The translations under genes and the position numbers were made by a program. A stretch of DNA of 49,431 nt from the NCBI GenBank assembly GCA_037140515.1, contig JBAXEI010000001.1, positions 96,267 to 145,697 of the forward strand. Reading direction: 5' to 3'. Of the stretch, positions 19,998-28,437 are shown one piece after another. This DNA is from Candidatus Berkelbacteria bacterium. GTDB lineage: Bacteria; Patescibacteriota; UBA1384; XYA2-FULL-43-10; 1-14-0-10-43-13. The notes under the pieces are model-generated. The model saw nothing but the letters and a program-made list of their open reading frames with translations. It was not told where the DNA came from and made no database searches. Every line of letters starts with the position of its first letter. The first letter of the stretch is position 1.

Positions 19998-20735
19998 ATG
20001 CATTCTATCAAGACCAGAGGAATAGTTATTCGGGGGACTAATTTTGGTGAAGCCGATAAGATTTTGACGGTGATGACTGAGCGTTTTGGCAAGGTAAAGG
20101 TTATGGCGAAAGGGATAAAAAAGATCAAGTCTCATATGGCTGGCGCGCTTGAGCCGTTTATTATCTCTGACCTTATGTTGTATGAAGGCAAGACTTTTTA
20201 TCTTGTGACTGGAGCCTCTATTGTTTATGACTTTCCGAAGCTCCACGTTGACCTGCTAAAAACAAGCACAGCTTTTTATGTTGGTGAACTCATCGATCGT
20301 TTTCTTGAAGAACATCAGCGGGCGCCAGAAATTTTTTCATTATTTGTCGAAGTTCTAGATAGTATCGAATCCGAAGAAAAATCTCTCCTTGTCTCTGCTT
20401 TTGAGCTCAAAATTGTAGAGCATTCTGGCTATAAGCCCGAGTTATTTGAATGTGTTCACTGTCAGGAAAAAATACGTGAAGAGAAGAATTATTGGGACGG
20501 AATCGAAGGGGGACTGATTTGCGAAAAGTGCCAAAGAGAGCATAAGCATGGTCGCGAGATTGATAACAGTACGATCAAACTCTTTCGATTTATTCAGAAA
20601 AATCCGATTGAAGAAATTCGACGCATTCAAGCCAAGCCTGATATAGCACTTGAAGCTAGTGATATTCTGGAGCGGTATATCGCAAATATCCTGGAGCGTG
20701 AACTTAAGAGCAAAAAGTTTCTAAAAAGTTTGTAA
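19998..20735 (+). CDS. recO: DNA repair protein RecO
   Basis: The N-terminal OB-fold pattern is RGIVIRGTNFGEADKILTVMTERFGKVKVMAKG. Zinc motifs are CVHCQ ... CEKCQ. The ATG at 19998 is preferred over the upstream start in the ORF track. Confidence 0.85.
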   Translation: MHSIKTRGIVIRGTNFGEADKILTVMTERFGKVKVMAKGIKKIKSHMAGALEPFIISDLMLYEGKTFYLVTGASIVYDFPKLHVDLLKTSTAFYVGELIDRFLEEHQRAPEIFSLFVEVLDSIESEEKSLLVSAFELKIVEHSGYKPELFECVHCQEKIREEKNYWDGIEGGLICEKCQREHKHGREIDNSTIKLFRFIQKNPIEEIRRIQAKPDIALEASDILERYIANILERELKSKKFLKSL

Positions 20736-20742
20736 TAAAAAA

Positions 20743-20766
20743 GTGCGGAAAATTTTATTTCCGCAC
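20743..20766. terminator. Terminator hairpin between convergent recO and the 69-aa gene
   Basis: gtgcggaaa / tttccgcac forms the stem. The A-run on the + side gives a T-run for the minus-strand gene. Confidence 0.7.
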
Positions 20767-20773
20767 TCGATTC

Positions 20774-20983
20774 TTAGTTCGTAACTATGATTGCTTCGGC
20801 ACAAACCGTGCACCCGCATTTTTCGCAGAAGATTTTACCTTCGATTCTCAGCTTATGGGGCTTACTGTCTATACATGACCCCATCGGCTCAAGCGTGGCG
20901 CCTTTTAAGCATACTTTATCTTCATTAGATGATATCGAGGCGCTAAGGAACTTCAGTCGGACTTTGATTTCTTTTAGTGCCAT
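20774..20983 (-). CDS. Hypothetical 69-aa Cys-rich protein
   Basis: Internal ATG (M43 of the tracked 111-aa ORF) preceded by AAGGAG 6 nt upstream. Sequence: MALKEIKVRLKF...CEKCGCTVCAEAIIVTN. The longer tracked version overlaps the upstream gene by 136 nt. Confidence 0.5.
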   Translation of the reverse strand: MALKEIKVRLKFLSASISSNEDKVCLKGATLEPMGSCIDSKPHKLRIEGKIFCEKCGCTVCAEAIIVTN

Positions 20984-21345
20984 CGTTTTCTCCTTGTCAA
21001 ATTGCCTACGTTCTTTATTAATTGCAATTCGTCTCGAGAAACAATTCTGATTCCTGGCGGATTCTCTGCCCCTCTTTTCTGTGCTACATGCTCCTTCACT
21101 TTGTGGCATTCTGCATCCTTCTTCACCAAGTAATCTGTTTCGTCAATTTCTGATAGTAAGCCTTTCTTCAGAAATAGATTGAATGTTAATCCAATCTGAG
21201 ATAAATGTGTATTTTCATATATCTCGGCACAAATCATTTCCAGTTCTCTATATGATAGCCTATCGCCATCACCACAGTACTCGAGAATGCGCCTCCAAAA
21301 TTTAAATTGTTTTGGCGCAAGTGCTAGGCCATTTCTTGTTACCAT
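20974..21345 (-). CDS. Hypothetical 123-aa protein (possible small winged-helix-like DNA binder, basic tail)
   Basis: ORF only. It overlaps the downstream 69-aa gene by 10 nt. No family recognised. Confidence 0.45.
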   Translation of the reverse strand: MVTRNGLALAPKQFKFWRRILEYCGDGDRLSYRELEMICAEIYENTHLSQIGLTFNLFLKKGLLSEIDETDYLVKKDAECHKVKEHVAQKRGAENPPGIRIVSRDELQLIKNVGNLTRRKRWH

Positions 21346-21545
21346 GCTAAAACCCCCTGTTGCAAAAAGTCTTGGATAATCGCGATTCGACTAAACAAGC
21401 AGTAACTGTTGATTACTATAACATAAATAAGCATTTGTATCAATAGTGAAGAGTGAGATTAAATGTGGTATATATAATGTATATTTAATGACAAATTTAT
21501 TTTACCAATTCGGTACGGATAGTATCATAATACTCAAGGAATTTT

Positions 21546-22937
21546 ATGGCAGAAATCAAAAACGATAATCCATCCGCCGCTAAAGCTATGGATGACAGGA
21601 TGGAAAAAATTATCTCTCTTTGCAAGAGACGCGGTTTTATTTACCCAGCCAGTGAAATTTATGGTGGCTTTGCCAACGCCTTCGACTTTGGTCCACTTGG
21701 CTCACAGCTGAAGAAAAATCTAAAGGATCTTTGGTGGAGACGATTCGTCACTGAAAGAGAAGACATAGTCGGCCTTGATTCCGCTATTATTCAAAATCCA
21801 AAGGCTTGGGTCGCTTCTGGTCATGTTGGATCATTTTCTGATCCTTTGATCGAATGTACAGAATGTCATTCTAGATATCGTGTTGACCACATGGAAGAAG
21901 GAAAATTTGTCGGCGGTAAGGCTAAGGATAAAAACCAGTGTCCATCTTGTGGCAGTAAAGAATTCACCGAACCAAAAGAGTTTAATTTGATGTTTAAGAC
22001 CTTTGTCGGTGTGACTGAAGATTCTGTTTCAACTGCATATCTTCGTCCGGAAACTGCTCAGGGGATTTTCTTAAGCTTCAAAAATGTGATTCAGTCTACT
22101 CGGATCAAGCCACCGTTTGGCATCGCCCAAATCGGCAAAGCATTTAGAAATGAAATTACTCCAGGAAACTATATTTTTCGTACTCGTGAATTCGAGCAGG
22201 GCGAGATTGAATTTTTTATCAAACCTACGACTGAAGAATCTGAGAAGTGGTACAAGCTTTGGCTAGACGAGTGGATGAAATTCTTCTTGGACTTAGGCAT
22301 CAAAGAAGAGAACTTGACTATTCGTGAGCATGCAAAAGAGGAGCTTTCTCATTATTCATCTGGAACGTCTGACATTGAATATAATTTTCCATTTGGAGTT
22401 TCTGAGCTTGCAGGCGTTGCACAGCGAACAGATTTTGATTTGACTCAACACGAGAAGCACTCTGGACAAGATCTCAAATATTTTGATGAAGCAACTGGTG
22501 AGAAATACGTACCTTTCGTTGTTGAGCCTACGATGGGCATCGATCGCGCGATGCTCGCTTGCTTGGTAGACGCATATGATGAATCCGATGGTACTGACGG
22601 CCGACAAGCCGGTGAAGTGACGATGAGATTGAGCGCAAAGCTCGCTCCAATCAAAGTTGCTGTATTTCCTTTGGTCAAAAAAGAAGGGCTTCCTGAAATT
22701 GCACATGGAATTGCTAAGGAATTGCGCGGACTTGGCATAGAGGCTTTCTACGACGAATCTGGCTCAGTAGGAAGACGCTATCGTCGTCAGGATGAGATTG
22801 GCACGCCTTGGTGTGTTACCGTAGATTTTGATTCTTTGACTGATAAAACAGTGACCCTCAGAGATCGTGATTCTATGAAGCAAGAAAGAGTTTCAGTCGC
22901 TAAAATATCTGAAATTATCAGCAACAAGCTTAAGTAA
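21546..22937 (+). CDS. glyQS: Glycine--tRNA ligase (homodimeric GlyQS type, class II)
   Basis: RRGFIYPASEIYGG, LRPETAQG, FRNEITP, the zinc-like insert CTECHSRYR..CPSCGS, and a C-terminal anticodon-binding domain with RRYRRQDEIGTP. Confidence 0.92.
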   Translation: MAEIKNDNPSAAKAMDDRMEKIISLCKRRGFIYPASEIYGGFANAFDFGPLGSQLKKNLKDLWWRRFVTEREDIVGLDSAIIQNPKAWVASGHVGSFSDPLIECTECHSRYRVDHMEEGKFVGGKAKDKNQCPSCGSKEFTEPKEFNLMFKTFVGVTEDSVSTAYLRPETAQGIFLSFKNVIQSTRIKPPFGIAQIGKAFRNEITPGNYIFRTREFEQGEIEFFIKPTTEESEKWYKLWLDEWMKFFLDLGIKEENLTIREHAKEELSHYSSGTSDIEYNFPFGVSELAGVAQRTDFDLTQHEKHSGQDLKYFDEATGEKYVPFVVEPTMGIDRAMLACLVDAYDESDGTDGRQAGEVTMRLSAKLAPIKVAVFPLVKKEGLPEIAHGIAKELRGLGIEAFYDESGSVGRRYRRQDEIGTPWCVTVDFDSLTDKTVTLRDRDSMKQERVSVAKISEIISNKLK

Positions 22938-22958
22938 AAAATCACGCTATAGTTCGAG

Positions 22959-23000
22959 AATACTCAGTCTGAGACTTATAAACAGACTGAGTATTTTTTT
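22959..23000 (+). terminator. Rho-independent terminator of glyQS
   Basis: aatactcagtctg / cagactgagtatt forms a 13-bp stem followed by TTTTTTT. Confidence 0.85.
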
Positions 23001-23028
23001 GTATCCACAGGTATGAGGTCACAATAGT

Positions 23029-23057
23029 TTGACGGGAGCATTTATAAGTCTTATTAT
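23029..23057 (+). promoter_or_regulatory. Pmra-like promoter of the dcw cluster (TTGACG-N17-TATTAT)
   Basis: TTGACG at 23029-23034, a 17-nt spacer, then TATTAT at 23052-23057, about 100 nt upstream of mraZ. Confidence 0.6.
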
Positions 23058-23065
23058 ATGAATAA

Positions 23066-23090
23066 GTGGGAAGAAGTGGGAGAAAATGGG
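23066..23090 (+). promoter_or_regulatory. Putative MraZ operator: three direct repeats GTGGG / GTGGG / ATGGG at 10-bp spacing
   Basis: aaGTGGGaagaaGTGGGagaaaATGGGac. The repeats lie at 23066-70, 23076-80 and 23086-90, directly downstream of the -10. This resembles the GTGGG-N5 direct-repeat operator described for E. coli MraZ. Confidence 0.6.
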
Positions 23091-23156
23091 ACATCCAATA
23101 TTTACTCCATAGAGTTCGCGCTAGCAGGGGGATCTGATCAATAAGCTGCGTTTCGT

Positions 23157-23588
23157 ATGTTTATAGGTGAATACAGCCACACAATCGATGAAAAAGGCAG
23201 AATGTCAGTACCGGTCAAATTTCGCGGTGCTCTTTCGGTTGGATGTGTTCTGACGCGTGGGCTTGATGGCTGTTTATGGCTATATACAGCTGAAAAATGG
23301 GCAGAGCTTGCAGACAAGATTGCGGCACTTCCAATCACGCAGAAAAATTCACGTTCCTTTGCACGTTTCATCATGTCTGGAGCGGTAGATAGTACGATCG
23401 ATCGGGCTGGCAGAGTGAGTATTCCAAAGTATCTTTCGGAGTACGCCGGTATGAAGAGCAAGGTTGTCGTGACTGGTATGTACGATCATATCGAGATTTG
23501 GTCCGAAAAGAACTGGGGAGAATTTAAGAAGGGGATGGAAGAAAATTCACAAGAGGTTGCAGAAAATTTGAGCGAGATCGGTTTTTAG
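23157..23588 (+). CDS. mraZ: Transcriptional regulator MraZ
   Basis: MFIGEYSHTIDEKGRMSVP plus a second DxxGRxxIP repeat (DRAGRVSIP). 143 aa, in the first position of the dcw cluster. Confidence 0.92.
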   Translation: MFIGEYSHTIDEKGRMSVPVKFRGALSVGCVLTRGLDGCLWLYTAEKWAELADKIAALPITQKNSRSFARFIMSGAVDSTIDRAGRVSIPKYLSEYAGMKSKVVVTGMYDHIEIWSEKNWGEFKKGMEENSQEVAENLSEIGF

Positions 23589-23639
23589 GAGTTCATCAAC
23601 AATTTATCAATATATTGGTTTATCGAGTCAACAGCCAGC

Positions 23640-23765
23640 GCCATATAAGCCTCATCCAATGCTCGTTTGTACTACGTTTACGATGCTGCCCCACTTCGCT
23701 CTTTCGAGCTACGAGGGGCGTCGCAAGCGACGGAGGAGGGCAAAGGAGGGGTGGGGCTTATACGA
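23640..23765 (+). other. GC-rich, highly self-complementary non-coding element in the mraZ-ftsL spacer
   Basis: tataagcc (23644-51) pairs with ggcttata (23755-62). ccccac (23689-94) pairs with gtgggg (23751-56). A local hairpin cgtcg-caag-cgacg lies at 23719-32. GC content is well above the AT-rich flanks. It shares the words cttcgct and agctacg with the repeat at 49335-49431. Confidence 0.4.
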
Positions 23766-23939
23766 GGCGATAAAATCGCCATCAAAAACAAAAGATTTTT
23801 CAAAAGAAAACCTGCTCAAGTAGAATTGAACAGGTAATCGCTTCAAGGATTATTATATCCGAAAGTACGAAAAAATAAAAATTGCTGGCTGGTGACTTGA
23901 GCGACCAATAATGTAATAAATCGGTGATTCGGAGGAAAA

Positions 23940-24305
23940 TTGGGACGAAGTTTTGTAGTTACAAATAGTAATGATAATAATCTTGGCGCCAAGAAGAAAA
24001 CAGTTGGTCGTCAGATTGTGATTGGACCAAACGCGATTAAATTTGTCACCCTGACAATAATCGCTGTTTTGGCGATTGTTTATCTCAATCAATCAACAGC
24101 TGGTGCTTCTAGAAGTTTGAAGATTCGAGATATTGAAGGCAAAAAAAGCGAACTAATATTAGAGAAAGAAAGATTAGAGACTGAGCAAACTCGGCTCAAG
24201 GCGCTAAAGGAAATTGATAGTGGAGTTCAGAAAAATACTTTAGAACCTGTCTCTAGCGTTCAACATATTCAGAATGGGACGTCGGGTATTGCGCAAGCGA
24301 ACTGA
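23940..24305 (+). CDS. ftsL: FtsL-like cell division protein (bitopic, coiled coil)
   Basis: TTG start 4 nt after GGAGG. Single TM FVTLTIIAVLAIVYL, followed by a heptad-like segment ELILEKERLETEQTRLKALKE. It occupies the canonical position upstream of ftsI. Confidence 0.6.
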   Translation: MGRSFVVTNSNDNNLGAKKKTVGRQIVIGPNAIKFVTLTIIAVLAIVYLNQSTAGASRSLKIRDIEGKKSELILEKERLETEQTRLKALKEIDSGVQKNTLEPVSSVQHIQNGTSGIAQAN

Positions 24306-24325
24306 TTTTTTGGTATCATATAAAT

Positions 24326-26077
24326 ATGAACGATTACACAAGGACAATCGAAGCGCGTCTAAAATGGTTCGGCGTGGTTATTATCATAGTTGTTGTGATT
24401 TTGTTTTGGAAAATGTATGTTCTCCAAATTTTGCAGAATGATAAATATCTGGCACTTGCCCAAGGTCAGCAGCGATTTGAGACTACCGAGATGGGCCAAC
24501 GTGGTCGGATTTATGTTCATGACTCACCAGTCGATTCTAAGGCCTATTATCCCCTGGCTTTTGATCAGAAGAAATTTGCGGTTTGGGTTGTTCCAAGACA
24601 GCTAAAGGATAAAGCGGCTACTGCAAAGTCTCTTGCTGAGTTTTTGTCTTTGCCGGAGAAGGACATCTTTGACAAGATAAATAACGATAAATACTATATT
24701 CCGCCGATTAAGCATGGTCTCTCTCTGGATGAATCAAAAACCATCAAAGCCAAGAAATTTTCTGGGGTTTTGGTTGTGCCCGAATATAGCCGATATTATC
24801 CGGAGGGCACACTTGCCTCTCAGGTACTCGGTTTTGTAAATGCTGAAGGCCAAGGTATGTATGGCTTTGAGGGTAAATACAACGCAGAAATGCAAGGGAA
24901 AGAGGGGAATGTAAAAGGTGAGAAGGATACACTTGGAAGGGTTATAAGTTTACTAGAACAGCAAGATCCACAGGACGGAACAAGCTACGTTCTGACAGTT
25001 GATCGCTCCGTCCAATATTTTGTTGAGAAAAAATTAAGTGAGGCGATTACGAAATATCAGGCTGATTCTGGTACGGTTATTATCATGGATATAAAGAGTG
25101 GCGGTATTATTGCGATGGCTAGCTCGCCTACCTTTGACCCAAATAGTTATCAAGATCAGGCGAAGGCTGATGCAAATTTGTTTATGAATCCTGCCATATC
25201 ATATACCTTTGAGCCTGGTAGCATTTTCAAGCCGATTGTTATGGCTGCGGCAATCGATGATGGACTTGTAACAAAGGACACAAGCGAGACGTTTGGTGAG
25301 TCTATCGATGTCGGCGGACACACTATCCATACTGCAGAAGGTAAAGCTTTCGGTCTCGAGACAATGACACAAGTTCTGGAAAATTCGGATAATGTCGGTA
25401 TGGTTTGGGTGGCGGAGAAAATCGGTAATGAAGTTCTCAACAATCAACTCAAGAAATTTGGTTTCTATGATAAAACTGGCATTGACCTGGAGGGAGAGGT
25501 TACCGGCCGACCAGCGTATCCTGTGAAGGATTGGAAAGACATTAACAGAGCAACAATTGCATTTGGCCAAGGCATAACTGCAACGCCGCTTCAGCTGCTT
25601 ACTGCCTATGCCACAATCGCCAATTCTGGCAAATATATTTATCCTCATTTGGTAGATAAAATAATTTTACCTGATGGCACAGAAAAAAATGTACCGAAAC
25701 AAGAAGGCGAACAGGTGATCAGTGCCGCGACGGCTAAGGATGTTGGCGAAATGCTAAGGTCGGTTGTTTTGAATGGAACAGGGAAAAAGGCTAATGTACC
25801 TGGCTATAAAGTTGGGGCGAAAACAGGGACTGCGCAGATCGCGGATCCAATTAACGGAGGCTATTTGAAAAATGATAGTGGTCTTGGAATATTTGTTCAT
25901 ACGGCTGCTGGCTTCGCTCCGATTGATGATCCGCAGTACGCCATGCTGGTGAAGCTTGATAAACCAAAGACAAATCGTTATGCTGAGTCAACGGCAGTGC
26001 CTTTGTTTGGCGAAATCTCCTCCTTTCTGCTAAACTATCACTATAGAATAGCGCCGACTGAAGTTATCCCAAAATAA
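24326..26077 (+). CDS. ftsI: Class B penicillin-binding protein / peptidoglycan D,D-transpeptidase FtsI
   Basis: N-terminal TM, SxxK (GSIFKP), SxN (NSDN), KTG (AKTGTA). dcw context. Confidence 0.9.
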   Translation: MNDYTRTIEARLKWFGVVIIIVVVILFWKMYVLQILQNDKYLALAQGQQRFETTEMGQRGRIYVHDSPVDSKAYYPLAFDQKKFAVWVVPRQLKDKAATAKSLAEFLSLPEKDIFDKINNDKYYIPPIKHGLSLDESKTIKAKKFSGVLVVPEYSRYYPEGTLASQVLGFVNAEGQGMYGFEGKYNAEMQGKEGNVKGEKDTLGRVISLLEQQDPQDGTSYVLTVDRSVQYFVEKKLSEAITKYQADSGTVIIMDIKSGGIIAMASSPTFDPNSYQDQAKADANLFMNPAISYTFEPGSIFKPIVMAAAIDDGLVTKDTSETFGESIDVGGHTIHTAEGKAFGLETMTQVLENSDNVGMVWVAEKIGNEVLNNQLKKFGFYDKTGIDLEGEVTGRPAYPVKDWKDINRATIAFGQGITATPLQLLTAYATIANSGKYIYPHLVDKIILPDGTEKNVPKQEGEQVISAATAKDVGEMLRSVVLNGTGKKANVPGYKVGAKTGTAQIADPINGGYLKNDSGLGIFVHTAAGFAPIDDPQYAMLVKLDKPKTNRYAESTAVPLFGEISSFLLNYHYRIAPTEVIPK

Positions 26078-26079
26078 GT

Positions 26080-27375
26080 ATGAAAGTTTCACAAAATAAG
26101 ATGAAAAATGCATTCCTTGGCATAATTTATAAAATACTAGCGGCTTACGCAAAAAAGGTGATCGATACACACCATCCTTTTGTTGTTGCGATCACTGGTT
26201 CTGTCGGAAAAGGCTCAGCTAAAGAAGCTATACTTCAGGTCATGAGAGACCATTTTGGCGACGATGAGGTGCGAGCGAACTACGGAAGTTTGAATGCAGA
26301 GATTGGGATCCCCCTGACGATTTTGGGTTACAAAAGTCTTCCAAATAAGTTTCTTTGGTTACCATTTCTTGTTGGCGCCTATTTTCGAACGAATGAAAAG
26401 AAATATCCAAAATATTTAATATTAGAGATGGGCGTCGAGCATGTCGGTGATATCGAGTATTTTACTAAGATAGTTACTCCGGATGTAGCAGTAATTACTT
26501 CGGTTAGTGGCGCTCACCTGATGAATTTTTCGAGCTTATCCGCATATCAGGCTGAGAAAATATCTTTGGCAGATAAAGTTCGCAAAGATGGGGTTGTGAT
26601 AGCAAACTTCGACGATAACGCATTGAAATCAAAACTTGCTGGTAGAGACGTTGTGTCTGTCGGAATCCTTGAGAAGAGTGCACAGTATCATGCAGAGGAT
26701 ATTCGGGTGACTCTCAAGGGTACTGATTTTCGTGTTGTTAGTCTTGGCCAGAAAATTGCTATTAAATCAAAAGTTGTCGGTCAGCATTTGATTTATCCTT
26801 TTCTTTTCGCTTATGCTATTGGCCAATTATCTGAAATTCAATCTTTGCAGATTAAAAAATCTCTTGAAAAAATATCTTCAGTTAACGGTCGTATGAATTT
26901 CATTGAGGGCAGAAACGGTATGATGATAATTGACGATACATACAATGCTAGCCCAGTTTCGGTGAAAGCAGCCCTAGATACACTAGCCTCGCTTAGCAAT
27001 GCAAACAACCGTAAAATATTTATTATGGGAAACATGAATGAGATGGGCCCTGCAGCAAAGAACTTGCACCAAGAAATTGGAGCCTATGCCAGCAAAAAAT
27101 GTGATATTGCGATTTTTGTCGGCCCGAATGCCCAATACATGGCCGAAGGCTACAATGATGGCAAAACTTGTTATCAATATCCAAATCGAATTGAACTGAT
27201 CACATCATTGGATAAAATATTGAAACCAAATGATTTAGTTCTAGTAAAAGCTTCACAAAATATGAATTTTTTTGAGGAGGTAGTGAAGAATATTATGAAA
27301 TATCCGAACGAGGCGAGTAAGAAGCTTGTTCGCCAGAGTGGTTTTTGGCTGAAAAAAAAGAATAATAGTTATTAA
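26080..27375 (+). CDS. murF: UDP-N-acetylmuramoyl-tripeptide--D-alanyl-D-alanine ligase MurF
   Basis: P-loop ITGSVGKGS and the MurF-type DDTYNASP motif. dcw context. Confidence 0.85.
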   Translation: MKVSQNKMKNAFLGIIYKILAAYAKKVIDTHHPFVVAITGSVGKGSAKEAILQVMRDHFGDDEVRANYGSLNAEIGIPLTILGYKSLPNKFLWLPFLVGAYFRTNEKKYPKYLILEMGVEHVGDIEYFTKIVTPDVAVITSVSGAHLMNFSSLSAYQAEKISLADKVRKDGVVIANFDDNALKSKLAGRDVVSVGILEKSAQYHAEDIRVTLKGTDFRVVSLGQKIAIKSKVVGQHLIYPFLFAYAIGQLSEIQSLQIKKSLEKISSVNGRMNFIEGRNGMMIIDDTYNASPVSVKAALDTLASLSNANNRKIFIMGNMNEMGPAAKNLHQEIGAYASKKCDIAIFVGPNAQYMAEGYNDGKTCYQYPNRIELITSLDKILKPNDLVLVKASQNMNFFEEVVKNIMKYPNEASKKLVRQSGFWLKKKNNSY

Positions 27376-27399
27376 ATTATAGATATGGAGAAATAAGCC

Positions 27400-28419
27400 A
27401 TGGAAATTCTAGCAATTAGACCTGAAGACCTGATAAAAATGTTCTGGTTTGCACTAGCATCTTTTTTGATTGCGATTGCTTGGACACCTATACTGACCAA
27501 TTTCTTGTACAAAAATAAGCTGGGTAAGAGAATTAGAGACAGCAAAGATGCTCCAATAATGGCCAAGCTCCATGAGAAAAAGGCGGGGACACCAACAATG
27601 GGCGGATTGCTCATCTGGGTAACAACAGCACTTCTAACTGTTTTGTTTAATTTATCGCGCCAAGCAACTTGGTTGCCTCTCTTTTGTCTTGTTGCAACTG
27701 GAATCGTTGGCGCTATCGACGATGTCTTGAACGTTCGGGGCATCGGCGAAAAGGGCGGCGGATTGACGCTTCGACAGAAGTTTCCTCTTTATGCGATTAT
27801 TGCTGCAATTGGTTCTTGGTGGTTCTATAGCAAATTGGATTGGAACTCAATTCATCTGCCAGCAATGGGCGATTTTACAATAGGTATTTGGTATATTCCT
27901 ATCTTCATCATTATATTAGTGTGGATGGCCTTTTCTTCGAACGAGGCAGATGGATTAGACGGTTTAGCTGGTGGTCTCTTTGCATTAGCTTATGGCGCGT
28001 ATGCTGTGATTGCACTAACAAATGGTCAGGCTGGCCTCGCGGTCTTTTGCGGGACAATCATGGGCGCTCTAATGGCATTTCTTTGGTTCAACATTCCACC
28101 CGCAAGATTTTTTATGGGGGATACTGGTAGTATGGCCCTCGGCATGACACTTGGTGTGATTGCTTTTTTGACTAACTCTGTCGTAGCACTTCTTGTGATA
28201 ACTATTCCTTTCTCTATCGAGGGTCTCAGCTTTATTATCCAATTTATCTCGAAAAAACTTCGTAATGGTAAAAAAGTTTTTCTTTCTTCGCCGATCCATC
28301 ATCATTTTGAAGCAATCGGCTGGCCTGAGCATAAGATTACGATGAGATTTTGGATTTTGGGATCTGTTTCTGCTGTAGCTGGACTTGCCATAGCCTTATT
28401 CGGTCGTGGATCAATCTAA
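27400..28419 (+). CDS. mraY: Phospho-N-acetylmuramoyl-pentapeptide-transferase MraY
   Basis: Polytopic membrane protein with KAGTPTMGG, DDVLN, NEADGLDGLA and PIHHHFE motifs. Confidence 0.92.
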   Translation: MEILAIRPEDLIKMFWFALASFLIAIAWTPILTNFLYKNKLGKRIRDSKDAPIMAKLHEKKAGTPTMGGLLIWVTTALLTVLFNLSRQATWLPLFCLVATGIVGAIDDVLNVRGIGEKGGGLTLRQKFPLYAIIAAIGSWWFYSKLDWNSIHLPAMGDFTIGIWYIPIFIIILVWMAFSSNEADGLDGLAGGLFALAYGAYAVIALTNGQAGLAVFCGTIMGALMAFLWFNIPPARFFMGDTGSMALGMTLGVIAFLTNSVVALLVITIPFSIEGLSFIIQFISKKLRNGKKVFLSSPIHHHFEAIGWPEHKITMRFWILGSVSAVAGLAIALFGRGSI

Positions 28420-28437
28420 AATAAAGTGGAGTAGCTA

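Noticed and set aside
23668-23841. 57-codon + strand ORF (MLVCTTFTMLPHFALSSYEGRRKRRRR...) in the mraZ-ftsL spacer
   Set aside because: No SD. The composition is dominated by the GC-rich repeat element, so it more likely reflects RNA or repeat structure than coding.
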